A stretch of DNA of 21,061 nucleotides from Candidatus Hadarchaeota archaeon (GTDB taxonomy: Archaea > CAYQAE01 > CAYVLA01), in assembly GCA_964452145.1 (NCBI GenBank), contig CAYVLA010000054.1, forward strand, positions 1 through 21,061, read 5' to 3'. Below the pieces are notes generated by a model, which did no database searches, was not told the origin of the DNA, and worked only from the letters and a program-made list of their open reading frames with translations. Positions 7,931-16,519 of the stretch are shown here, piece after piece. Made by a program: the position numbers and the translations under genes. The first letter of the stretch is position 1; each line of letters starts with the position of its first letter.

Positions 7931-8003
7931 CTTATATGTGTGAGTGAAGTGTGAAGTGTGAATATGTCATGTCGCATGTTGATGTTGAGGTAACAGATAT
8001 AGG
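7931..8003. promoter_or_regulatory. Back-to-back promoters separated by short tandem repeats
   Basis: Minus-strand TATA CATATAAG (7931-7938) and plus-strand GATATAGG (7996-8003); between them lie GTGAAGT-type and ATGTY-type repeats. Confidence 0.6.
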
Positions 8004-8024
8004 CGTTGTCAAGTCCCAGCTCCC

Positions 8025-9425
8025 ATGCCTGTTCAACCCGCCAACGCCGTCCGCGAGCATCTGGAGGAGTACACGGGGGAACTCGTGAATTTCATAAGGC
8101 GACCAAGCATTTCGGCCACGGGGGAAGGCGTCGAGTCGTGTGCCCGGTTTCTGAAGGAGCGGATGATCGACTACGGGCTGGAGGTCCAGGTTCATGAACT
8201 GGAGGACGGCAATCCGGTGATCACCTCCCAGATTCAGGGCAGGAACCGGAACAAGGTGTTACTGGTGTACTCGCACTACGACGTCCAGCCGCCTGATCCT
8301 CTGGACGAGTGGGAAAGCGATCCGTTCTCGGGTCGGGTGACGGACGGCAGGATCTACGGCAGGGGGGCTTCCGACAGCAAGGGCAATGTCATGGCCTACC
8401 TGTCAGCTGTCCGGACGCTGGCCAGAACGGGCGGGCTTCCAATCACGGTCAGCTTCCTGTTCGAGGGTGAGGAGGAGATAGGCAGCCCACATCTGGCCTC
8501 CTTCGTCGAGGACCACCGCTCGGATCTGATGGCTGACGCTGTCATCTGTGCTGACAGCGAACGGGATCCCTCCGGTCGGCCGATGATCAGCCTTGGAATG
8601 AAGGGGTTGGTGTACGTTGAGTTCAGATGCAGGAAATCAGGAGCCGACATGCATTCGTCAAAGGCTTCATTGCTAGAGAGCGCACCGTGGCGCTTGGTCA
8701 AAGCGCTCAACGAGATCAGCGACGGCGATGGGTGCGTGCTGGTTCCCGGGTGGGATGAGGGGATCGTCAAGCCGGGCGACGAAGAGCTTGAGCTTCTGCG
8801 CAGGATTCCCTTCGATGAGGCAGCGGTCAAAGAGGAGTACGGCGTATCCAGGTTTCTCAAGGAGAGACACGGACTCGATGCGCTGCGCGCCTATCTCTAC
8901 GAGCCGACCGCCAATATTGCGGGTCTGACGGCCGGCTATCAGGGCGTCGGATCCAAGACCGTGCTGCCCGGCGAGGCTCGGGCCAAGATGGACTTCAGGA
9001 TCGTCTACAACCAGAGCGCCGACAGATGCTTCGAACTGCTCAGCAACCACCTCGTGCGGAAGGGTTTCGCTGACGTGGAGGCGAGTTGTCTGACCAGGCT
9101 CGAACCATCCAGCACCCCGCTGGACGCCCCGATCGTCAAAGCTGCCGCCGAGGCCGCTAGGGCAGCCTACCGCGCGGAGCCCGTCATATACCCCAAGCAT
9201 CACGCTTCGGGTCCGGACTACATCTTCACCAAGAATCTGGGTCTTCACTCCATCTGGACGGGCTGTGCGCCCGATCCAAGCGGCGCCCATGCACCGAACG
9301 AGTTCATCGGCATTGAGGACTATCGGCTGGGGATCATCTATGCCTGCGAACTCATATCCCGCTTCGCTTTGAGGGATGAACGGGGGTCAAACATAAAAGG
9401 GGGCTCGCACATCCGCGCCCGATGA
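8025..9425 (+). CDS. M20/M25/M40 family metallo-hydrolase (ArgE/DapE/dipeptidase-like)
   Basis: SHYDVQP, GRGASDSKG, FEGEEEIGS, DMHS, KTVLP, AHAPNE motifs. Confidence 0.93.
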   Translation: MPVQPANAVREHLEEYTGELVNFIRRPSISATGEGVESCARFLKERMIDYGLEVQVHELEDGNPVITSQIQGRNRNKVLLVYSHYDVQPPDPLDEWESDPFSGRVTDGRIYGRGASDSKGNVMAYLSAVRTLARTGGLPITVSFLFEGEEEIGSPHLASFVEDHRSDLMADAVICADSERDPSGRPMISLGMKGLVYVEFRCRKSGADMHSSKASLLESAPWRLVKALNEISDGDGCVLVPGWDEGIVKPGDEELELLRRIPFDEAAVKEEYGVSRFLKERHGLDALRAYLYEPTANIAGLTAGYQGVGSKTVLPGEARAKMDFRIVYNQSADRCFELLSNHLVRKGFADVEASCLTRLEPSSTPLDAPIVKAAAEAARAAYRAEPVIYPKHHASGPDYIFTKNLGLHSIWTGCAPDPSGAHAPNEFIGIEDYRLGIIYACELISRFALRDERGSNIKGGSHIRAR

Positions 9426-9889
9426 ACCTGCTTGTGCCGTCTCGGTTCTATGTTACCTCCGGGAAGGCGGTCTCAAAGATCTCGGAGTTGAACGCCTTCG
9501 ACCGAGCCCTGTGCGACGCGGGAATAGCGGAGTGCAACTTGGTCCGGGTCTCATCCGTGTTGCCGGTGAACGCGCAGAGAATAAGGTCCCTCGAACTTCC
9601 CAGGGGAGCGATCTTGCACTGTGTATTGGCCCAGATGAACGGTGACGAAGGCGAGACCATATCGGCGGGGATTGCCTATGCCTTCCGCAAGGACGGGCAG
9701 GGAGGTTATGTGGCCGAGGGTCACGGACACCTTGAGAACAAGGCCATGAGGGAGATCCTGGGATGGAAGATGAGCGAGATGGCGTCCTTTCGGGGAGTCG
9801 AACTCGGCCCCATCAAGTTCTTCATAGAGGAAATCCGCGTCCCCATGGACAACTACGGCGCGTGCATCGCTGCGTTAGCCCTGATATGA
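9422..9889 (+). CDS. pdaD: Pyruvoyl-dependent arginine decarboxylase
   Basis: LNAFDRAL.DAGIAECNLVRVSSVLP with the Ser-Ser autocleavage site, ISAGIA, GYVAE; ATGA overlap with the M20 gene. Confidence 0.92.
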   Translation: MNLLVPSRFYVTSGKAVSKISELNAFDRALCDAGIAECNLVRVSSVLPVNAQRIRSLELPRGAILHCVLAQMNGDEGETISAGIAYAFRKDGQGGYVAEGHGHLENKAMREILGWKMSEMASFRGVELGPIKFFIEEIRVPMDNYGACIAALALI

Positions 9890-9901
9890 GTCGGGCTCGG
9901 T

Positions 9902-10984
9902 CTATCCCTCCAAGATGACCGAGTTTCCGGGGAGCCAGCCCAGATCGGGCTTGTCCCCCACCCTGAAATCCGCCTTGGAGTTTCTCATCTGACATTCGGC
10001 CCTCACGGTCAAACCGTTTAGGATCCTGACCACGAAGATGGAAGAGGATCCCTTGTAGATCTCATCGATGATGGTTCCAGTGAATCGGTTGGCAGAGGGG
10101 GCAACTTGGCCCATGTGGATCTTCTCAGGCCTGATCGATATGGATATGGGGGACCCGACCTCCCTGAGGCGGTCGGACAATGGCAGGGCAACTCGCAGGC
10201 CGGAGGCATCCATGGCGGTGGGAAGACCGTTGCTATCCTGGCAGACGGTGCCCGAGATGACGTTCGTTTCGCCGATGAAACCGGCGACGAAGCGGGTCTT
10301 CGGCCTTTCGTAGATCTCCTCTGCATTGCCCACCTGTTCAAGCTTGCCTTCGTTCATGACCCCGATTCGGTCAGACATGGCGAGCGCTTCCTCTTGGTCG
10401 TGGGTCACGTACAGGAAGGTGATCCTCAGCCTTTCCTGGAGGTTCTTCAGCTCAACCTGCATCTGCTTGCGCAAACGGAGGTCCAATGCTCCGAGGGGCT
10501 CATCCAGAAGCAGGACGGTGGGATTGAGGACAAGGGATCGGGCGAGGGCGACCCTCTGCTGCTGACCACCGCTGAGCTGTTTGGGCTTCCGCCGCTCAAA
10601 ACCTGATAGATCAACCAGTCTGAGCGTGGATCTGACCCTTTGCTTGATCTCCTCCTTGGGCACCTTCTCGATCTTCAGTCCAAACGCAACGTTGTCGAAG
10701 ACGGTCATGTGGGGGAAGAGTGCGTAGCTCTGGAAGACCGTTGTGACGGGTCTCTCATAGGGTGGCACATCGTTCATGAGTTCCCCGCCAACGTAGACCT
10801 TGCCCTTGGTGGGCATTTCGAAGCCCCCCACCAGTCGCAGCGTCGTGGTCTTGCCGCATCCGCTGGGTCCGAGGAGGGAGAAGAACTCTCCCTTCGTCAC
10901 GGCGAGGGATACGTCGTCCACAGCGACGACGTCCCCGAAGATCTTGGTGACGCCCTCCAGCTCAACGGCTGCCTCCCTCGCCAT
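9902..10984 (-). CDS. potA: Spermidine/putrescine ABC transporter ATP-binding protein
   Basis: GPSGCGKT, VFQSYALFPHM, LSGGQQQRVALAR, LLLDEPLGALD; C-terminal TOBE-like region. Confidence 0.93.
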   Translation of the reverse strand: MAREAAVELEGVTKIFGDVVAVDDVSLAVTKGEFFSLLGPSGCGKTTTLRLVGGFEMPTKGKVYVGGELMNDVPPYERPVTTVFQSYALFPHMTVFDNVAFGLKIEKVPKEEIKQRVRSTLRLVDLSGFERRKPKQLSGGQQQRVALARSLVLNPTVLLLDEPLGALDLRLRKQMQVELKNLQERLRITFLYVTHDQEEALAMSDRIGVMNEGKLEQVGNAEEIYERPKTRFVAGFIGETNVISGTVCQDSNGLPTAMDASGLRVALPLSDRLREVGSPISISIRPEKIHMGQVAPSANRFTGTIIDEIYKGSSSIFVVRILNGLTVRAECQMRNSKADFRVGDKPDLGWLPGNSVILEG

Positions 10985-10999
10985 TCTATGGTCTACTCC

Positions 11000-12106
11000 C
11001 TATGCTAGGATCTCCATCCACACCTTGCTCATCTGTTGCTGGTACTCGCCTAGCTCGTCGAGGAATTCCAGCCTCGCCATCACGTCATTGGAGGGATAGA
11101 TGGACGGGTCATTGATGATCGCTTCGTCGGTGTACTGGTGGGAAGCCTCGTTGGGGTTGGCGTACCAGACGTAGTTCGATATACCCGCGCTGACCTTTGG
11201 TCTCAGGATGTAGTTGATGAATTCATGGGCGAGGTCTTTGTGGGGCGCGTCCTTGAGAATGGCCATGTTGTCCATCCAGACTATGGTGCCCTCCTGGGGA
11301 ATGCAGTACTTTACGTCCTCGTTGTCCGCCGCGACCTGGTAGATGTCGCCCGACCATCCCTGGGAAAGCCACGAGTCGCCTGATGAGAGAGCATCCATGT
11401 AGGTATCGGTGGTGTACTGGGCGACCAAGGGCTTCTGGTCGAGAAGCTTGCTCTTCACCTCTTGGAGATGATCGGGGTTGGTGTCGTTGACCGAGTGTCC
11501 TAGGAACTTCAGGGTCGTTCCGATGACTTCCCGCATCTCCCTCAACATGGTGATTCGGCCCTTGTACTTGTCGTTCCAAAGGATGCCCCACCCCACGACC
11601 TGGTCTGTGACCTTGGCCTCGTTGTACCCGATGCCGGTGGTCCCCCACTGGTAGGGGATGCTGTACTTGTGCTCTGCCTTCGGCGGGCCGGGGTCGAAGG
11701 GCGGGCTTCGGAACTTCTCGCCGATGTTGCTGAAGTTGGTTATCCTATCCATCTCGATGGGTTCCAAGAGATCCTGCTTGGCGAGGATCTGAACGGCGTA
11801 GTCCGATGGGACGATGATGTCATATCCCGTGGCGCCGGTTGTCACCTTGGCGAGGAGCTCGTCGTTGCTTGAGTAGTTGTCATAGTTGACCTTGACGCCG
11901 AACTCGCGTTCGAAGTCCCTTATGGTCGTCTGGCCTATGTAGTCCGACCAGTTGTATACGTTCAGCTGCTCCTTCTTGGAGAGCAGGCATCCCCCGACGG
12001 AGGCGGCCGCCGAAAGGGTGCCCGCAGCCACAGCGCCCTTGACGAAGTGTCGTCGGGTCATCAAGGGCGATCGACCCAGCAAGTTCCGATCTTCCGTTTG
12101 TGCCAT
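11000..12106 (-). CDS. potD: Spermidine/putrescine ABC transporter substrate-binding lipoprotein with Tat signal
   Basis: TRRHFVK twin-arginine motif, VGGC lipobox, LNVYNWSDYI, YDIIVPSDY, PYQWGTTGIGYN, WSGD, WMDNMAI; SD GGGAGGT. Confidence 0.93.
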   Translation of the reverse strand: MAQTEDRNLLGRSPLMTRRHFVKGAVAAGTLSAAASVGGCLLSKKEQLNVYNWSDYIGQTTIRDFEREFGVKVNYDNYSSNDELLAKVTTGATGYDIIVPSDYAVQILAKQDLLEPIEMDRITNFSNIGEKFRSPPFDPGPPKAEHKYSIPYQWGTTGIGYNEAKVTDQVVGWGILWNDKYKGRITMLREMREVIGTTLKFLGHSVNDTNPDHLQEVKSKLLDQKPLVAQYTTDTYMDALSSGDSWLSQGWSGDIYQVAADNEDVKYCIPQEGTIVWMDNMAILKDAPHKDLAHEFINYILRPKVSAGISNYVWYANPNEASHQYTDEAIINDPSIYPSNDVMARLEFLDELGEYQQQMSKVWMEILA

Positions 12107-12113
12107 TCACTGC

Positions 12114-12959
12114 CTACCTCCCGATTCTCTGCGATGCAAAGACGATCACGGTTGAGACTATTATGACGATTGTGGAGATGGCGTTTATCTCGGGCGTGAC
12201 GCCGAACTTGATCATCGAGTAGATCTTCAACGGCAGCGTTGTCGCACCCACGCCTGCCAAGAAAAAGGTTATCACGAAATCGTCGAAGGAAAGGGTGAAG
12301 GCCAGGAGGGCTCCGGCTAGGATGCCCGGCTTGATTATGGGCAGTATGATCTTGGTGAAGGTCTGGATGCGATTGGCCCCGAGGTCCATGGCTGCCTCCT
12401 CGATGGATTCATCTGTGTTGGCAAGCCTTGCCGAGATTACGATGGTCACAAAGGATATGTTGAAGACCACATGGCCGATTATGATCGTGGAGATTCCGAG
12501 GCTTATGCCGATAAGGACTAGGAAAGCAAGAAGGGAAATGCCCATGATTATCTCGGGCATGATGATGGGCATATAGATCAGGCTGTCATAGAGGGTCCTG
12601 AACCGAACATTGAATCTGTTCATGCCGTAGGCGGTGACGGTACCGATAAGCGTCGACACAATTGTGGACACAACGGCCACGATCATCGTGTTTCTGAACG
12701 CCCTGAGTATGGACTCGTTCGCGAACAGCCTCCCGTACCACGCCAGAGTGAAGCCCCTCCATGTCGCGTTAAGCTTGGAGGTGTTGAAGGAGAAGACGAT
12801 CAGGACGACGATGGGGGCGTAGAGGAAGATGAAGGTGAGCAGGCTGGAGAGTTTCAGGGCCGTGTTTCCCCGCCTCTCGACCATCCGGTTGCCGAAACGT
12901 GGCCAAGGTCCCCTGAAGGCATTCGCCATCGCACCCCTCGGTCTCGCCGGCCACTCCAT
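12114..12959 (-). CDS. potC: Spermidine/putrescine ABC transporter permease
   Basis: FLYAPIVVLIVFSFN, GFTLAWY, EEAAMDLGA, FTLSFDDFVIT, GVTPEINA. Start placed at the ATG overlapping the potB stop (TGATG). Confidence 0.92.
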   Translation of the reverse strand: MEWPARPRGAMANAFRGPWPRFGNRMVERRGNTALKLSSLLTFIFLYAPIVVLIVFSFNTSKLNATWRGFTLAWYGRLFANESILRAFRNTMIVAVVSTIVSTLIGTVTAYGMNRFNVRFRTLYDSLIYMPIIMPEIIMGISLLAFLVLIGISLGISTIIIGHVVFNISFVTIVISARLANTDESIEEAAMDLGANRIQTFTKIILPIIKPGILAGALLAFTLSFDDFVITFFLAGVGATTLPLKIYSMIKFGVTPEINAISTIVIIVSTVIVFASQRIGR

Positions 12960-13858
12960 CACATCAGCTCCATTCTCTCCTGCCCGGATGCCCTGAAGTA
13001 CACCGCTATGCCTGCAAGGCACAGTGCCAGGAGAACGAAAGAGACGGCCGATCCCAGGGCCCAGTCCCTGGTTTGGAGGAATAGATGCTGGATCACGTTT
13101 CCTACCATCCAGGTCTTAGAACCGCCCAGTAGGTCTGGGATCACGAACGACCCAATGGAGGGAACAAGGACCAGCATCACCCCGGCCACGACGCCCGGCA
13201 TGGTGTTCGGGAGGGTGACGCTTATGAAGGCCTTGATCCTGTTGGCGCCCAGGTCTAGAGCTGCTTCAATCAGAGAGAAATCGAACTTCTCGATGGATGC
13301 GTAGAGGGGTAGTATCATGAACGGAAGGTAGACGTGTACCAGGCCAAGGATCACAGCTCCGGGGGTATACAACAGCTTGAGCGGGTCGTTGATCAGGCCC
13401 AGTGAAATGAGCACGGTGTTGATCACCCCTTCGCTTCTAAGGATCGTGATCCACGCGTAGGTCCTCACTAGGGTGCTCGTCCAGAAGGGCAGTATGACAA
13501 GAACGATCAAGGTGTTCTTCCATCTGGCACCCCGCGTCGAGATGAAGTATGCGACGGGGTACCCGACGGCCAGACATATCCCAGTGGTAACAAACGCGAT
13601 CCAGATGGATCTGACGAATACCTTGAAGTACAGGGGAGCAAGGAGCATCGAGTAGTTGTGAAGTGTGAACCTTAGGATCACCCCGCCGTAGACGTTCGGC
13701 TCGGCGAAGCTGTAAGCAAAAACGATGCAGAGCGGGATGAGGAAGAATGCGACCAGCCAAACGACGGAGGGGGAGAATGCGACAAGACTGCCTAGGTGAT
13801 GCAGTAGCTGCATCTTCAGACGTACATGAACCGGTTGCGGACCGTCAAGACTCTCCAT
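12959..13858 (-). CDS. potB: Spermidine/putrescine ABC transporter permease
   Basis: LPFWTSTLVRTYAW, YLPFMILPLY, EAALDLGA, PDLLGG, RDWALGSA. Confidence 0.93.
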   Translation of the reverse strand: MESLDGPQPVHVRLKMQLLHHLGSLVAFSPSVVWLVAFFLIPLCIVFAYSFAEPNVYGGVILRFTLHNYSMLLAPLYFKVFVRSIWIAFVTTGICLAVGYPVAYFISTRGARWKNTLIVLVILPFWTSTLVRTYAWITILRSEGVINTVLISLGLINDPLKLLYTPGAVILGLVHVYLPFMILPLYASIEKFDFSLIEAALDLGANRIKAFISVTLPNTMPGVVAGVMLVLVPSIGSFVIPDLLGGSKTWMVGNVIQHLFLQTRDWALGSAVSFVLLALCLAGIAVYFRASGQERMELM

Positions 13859-13906
13859 CTCTGGAAGCGATGGCCGAGAAGAACGAGCGCGTGCACAGAA
13901 TTCCCG

Positions 13907-13942
13907 CTCTTAAATGTTGACCTACCTACTTACCTACTTACC
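13907..13942 (-). promoter_or_regulatory. pot operon promoter with an 8-bp tandem repeat directly upstream
   Basis: Minus strand GGTAAGTA GGTAAGTA GGTAGGT CAACATTTAAGAG. Confidence 0.65.
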
Positions 13943-14046
13943 CTGGCTGCTTCCATCCGTTCTCCGCGAGGCCTCTCACGGATGGACATCCTGGATGGGT
14001 TGGGGACCGGTGTCGAAGCCGTGGACACTCTCCGCACGGTCCCAGG

Positions 14047-15399
14047 TCACTCAAGATCCTTGTCGTACTTGGAGCAGTGTAGCTTGCCAGCCCTCACCGA
14101 GTTGTATTTGCATCGGCCGCAGAGATCCTTTGACGGCACCCCTTTGCAGACCTGCCAGGGCGCTTCGCCCGTCCTCCTGCGCTCCTTGCGTTTGGCCTTG
14201 ACCTCGGCTGCCTTCCTACGCTCTTCCAACTCCTCCGGACTTGGCTTGAGATACTTGATCTTCACGAAAGCGGCGCCCGAACCTGCGGCGACGATCAGCA
14301 CAACCACCAGAATGATCTGGCGTAGTTGGGCGGCTTTCGCTCCTGGGTCGTACCGGTTAATCCCCCTCCCGGTCCCGATCCACACGATGTCCCCGGCGAA
14401 TTCTATGGCGCGAATGTCATTGTGGGATAGGCCCTTCGTGTCGTCGATCGTCTTGATCTTCCCCTTTGCCTTATCCAGCACCGCGATACCTTTTCTGGTC
14501 CCGATCCATACTTCGCCATCATGGATGGCGATCGTGCTGACCCAGACGTCCGGTAGCTTGTCCTCGCCGTAATAGGTCCACTGGCTGGATGCCTTGTCGA
14601 GAGCATACAGGCCCTCCCTTGTGCCTATCCAGACATACTCATCATCCACGGCAAGCGAGGGGATCACGTTGGCGCCTATGGTCTCCCCCGGCGTTCTGAA
14701 GCTCTCGAACCTGTCGGAATCCGTGTCGTACCTCACCGGGCCGTCGGTGGTGCCGAACCATATGTACTTCCCGTCAATGGCTATGCTCTCGATGTTCTTG
14801 GTAGGGAAGCCGTCCTTCTGGGGCCATGAGGACCACAGCATGCTGGAAGTGTCGAGTGATCCCAGGCCGCTCACGGTTCCGAACCAGAGGAGGCTTCCGT
14901 TCTTGGCCAGACATTTCACGTCATCGTACACCAGCCCATCCTTGGTGGTGTAGGTTGTGAAGGCCTTGTTGAGGTCGTACGGCTCCAGGGTGGCGAGCTT
15001 CCCGGTGTCCAGGACGCACAGTCCGTTCGGGGTGCCGAACCACACCTTGTTCCCGTCTATGAGGGTTGCCCAGACCTTGACCGCGGGTAGGCCTTCGTTC
15101 GGGGTGTAGGTCGTGAAGGTGTTTGTCTCCGGATCCATGATACTGACCCCCCCTTCAAGGTCGGCCTCAGGGTTGCCGGGATCAATGTAGGTCGTGGCGA
15201 CCCAGAGCGTGGATCCCGAGATATCCATGGAGATGACATCATCCCCCGTGGTCCCGTTGGCCTTGCCGAAGACCTTCCAGGCCTTCTGGGCCTCAACGGT
15301 CGAGAAGGACGCAGCCAGCATCGACACGATTGCGACGAGCATCAACCGATGAGTGTTCGAGGGTGTCACGTGATCGTGCTCCGCGCCCTTCCTGATCAT
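14047..15399 (-). CDS. Membrane-anchored 7-blade beta-propeller protein (two-component regulator propeller-like repeats) with a cytoplasmic 4-Cys tail
   Basis: Signal peptide; seven GL....V..I..D...[LVI]W[FIV]GT..G...[LY]D repeats; TM helix IILVVVLIVAAGSGAAFV; tail Cx8Cx2Cx11C. The start may be GTG 15369 or ATG 15342. Confidence 0.88.
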   Translation of the reverse strand: MIRKGAEHDHVTPSNTHRLMLVAIVSMLAASFSTVEAQKAWKVFGKANGTTGDDVISMDISGSTLWVATTYIDPGNPEADLEGGVSIMDPETNTFTTYTPNEGLPAVKVWATLIDGNKVWFGTPNGLCVLDTGKLATLEPYDLNKAFTTYTTKDGLVYDDVKCLAKNGSLLWFGTVSGLGSLDTSSMLWSSWPQKDGFPTKNIESIAIDGKYIWFGTTDGPVRYDTDSDRFESFRTPGETIGANVIPSLAVDDEYVWIGTREGLYALDKASSQWTYYGEDKLPDVWVSTIAIHDGEVWIGTRKGIAVLDKAKGKIKTIDDTKGLSHNDIRAIEFAGDIVWIGTGRGINRYDPGAKAAQLRQIILVVVLIVAAGSGAAFVKIKYLKPSPEELEERRKAAEVKAKRKERRRTGEAPWQVCKGVPSKDLCGRCKYNSVRAGKLHCSKYDKDLE

Positions 15400-15500
15400 C
15401 CGCTGTTAGAAAAGGTTTTCCATGGCCGGGGAGCCCGCTAACTCTCCCTGACCCGGGGGTAGAGGAGCCCTTTTATTCTCCGTGTCAGGATTTGGGGAGG

Positions 15501-16310
15501 ATGAAAGCCGGAGATTGCGAGGAGAATATCGAGGGTTTCCTTGCCGAAATCGGTGGGAAGTATCTTAACCTTGTGCAGGATGACCCAGGGATTGGCGTAT
15601 CCCATGCTTATTGTCCCTATCTCCTATCGAGGAGTTGTACCGAATCCGTGGTGTTCATCGATGGAGGCAACTCCTTCAATCCTTATCTGATGACTCGTTA
15701 TTGCAGGATGTTTTCGGTGGGGGAGAGGAGTGTGATGGATAAGGTACAGCTCTCTCGGGCTTTTACCTGTCATCAGATGTCTGCCCTTTTGGGCGAGCAT
15801 CTCGAATCTGCGGTGATAAGGTTTGGTGCTGGAGCCGTCGTGGTCTCGGATCCAGCCTGTCTCTACGTGGAGAGGGCTGCTGAGGAGGACGTGATGGACG
15901 AATTTCAGCAGGCATATCGGCATCTTCGGGAGATCACGTATTCTCGCCGACTGACGACGCTCATCGTATGCTCTAATCGCATGCCACATTTCCTCGATGG
16001 CGGTTCTGTGGAGGACTTGAGGCAGAGGAGGGCTGATAGATGCACCGAGATGATCCTTTCCAAGCTTGCGGATTCCGTCTACCGGATTGACGGGGTCCGG
16101 GGAGGTTTCTCGGTGGTTCGAGTCAAACATCCCTACTTCCGTGAAGGATCCGCCATATTCGTGCCTAGTAGAAGGACGCCCGCCACCTTGGAGTACGTTC
16201 TGGCGGCCCGTGGACTTAGCAGCTCGAAGAATAGTCTGGGAGGCGAACGGTCGCTCATAAGGCCATCCAGCTCCTTTGCCTCGCTGGGGGATACGGGAGC
16301 TAACATCTAG
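15501..16310 (+). CDS. Inactivated RecA/RadA-like ATPase associated with PolB2
   Basis: VVFIDGGNSFNPY, V.LSRAFTCHQM, Walker B-like VVVSD; Walker A degenerate (DDPGIGVS, Lys absent). ATG 15501 follows GGGGAGG; TTG 15492 is an alternative start. Confidence 0.85.
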   Translation: MKAGDCEENIEGFLAEIGGKYLNLVQDDPGIGVSHAYCPYLLSRSCTESVVFIDGGNSFNPYLMTRYCRMFSVGERSVMDKVQLSRAFTCHQMSALLGEHLESAVIRFGAGAVVVSDPACLYVERAAEEDVMDEFQQAYRHLREITYSRRLTTLIVCSNRMPHFLDGGSVEDLRQRRADRCTEMILSKLADSVYRIDGVRGGFSVVRVKHPYFREGSAIFVPSRRTPATLEYVLAARGLSSSKNSLGGERSLIRPSSSFASLGDTGANI

Positions 16311-16461
16311 GACACGGCTGCCTCACAAGCTTGCCTGGACGATACTGCGGCCTAGATCCCGGATAGCGCGGCGGATTTGGTCCTCATACGACAGCTACTG
16401 CTTTGCTCCGCGTTGCAATGTCCTGCATGACAAGTCTCATCGGAGAGGGGGCAAAGAGACG

Positions 16462-16488
16462 CTTTTAAGGCCCTGAACACGGTCAGGG
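16462..16488 (+). promoter_or_regulatory. TATA box with an adjacent inverted repeat upstream of the small-protein/polB2 pair
   Basis: CTTTTAAGG (16462-16470) directly followed by CCCTGA-ACACGG-TCAGGG (16471-16488). Confidence 0.55.
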
Positions 16489-16519
16489 TGTCGCCGCCAG
16501 TTGGGCGGAGGGCGGTTGG

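Noticed and set aside
13929..14049. Selenocysteine read-through of the propeller gene TGA, suggested by the hairpin that follows
   Set aside because: The read-through peptide is short and unremarkable, the TGA is not in a redox-motif position, and no archaeal SECIS GAA/A motif is evident.
13826..14572. 248-aa plus-strand ORF
   Set aside because: Antisense to the propeller gene and spans the pot promoter; no recognisable motifs.
16115..16124. GGTTCGAGTC matching the tRNA T-loop (possible att-site remnant)
   Set aside because: Only 10 bp, inside a CDS, with no integrase in the window; compatible with chance.
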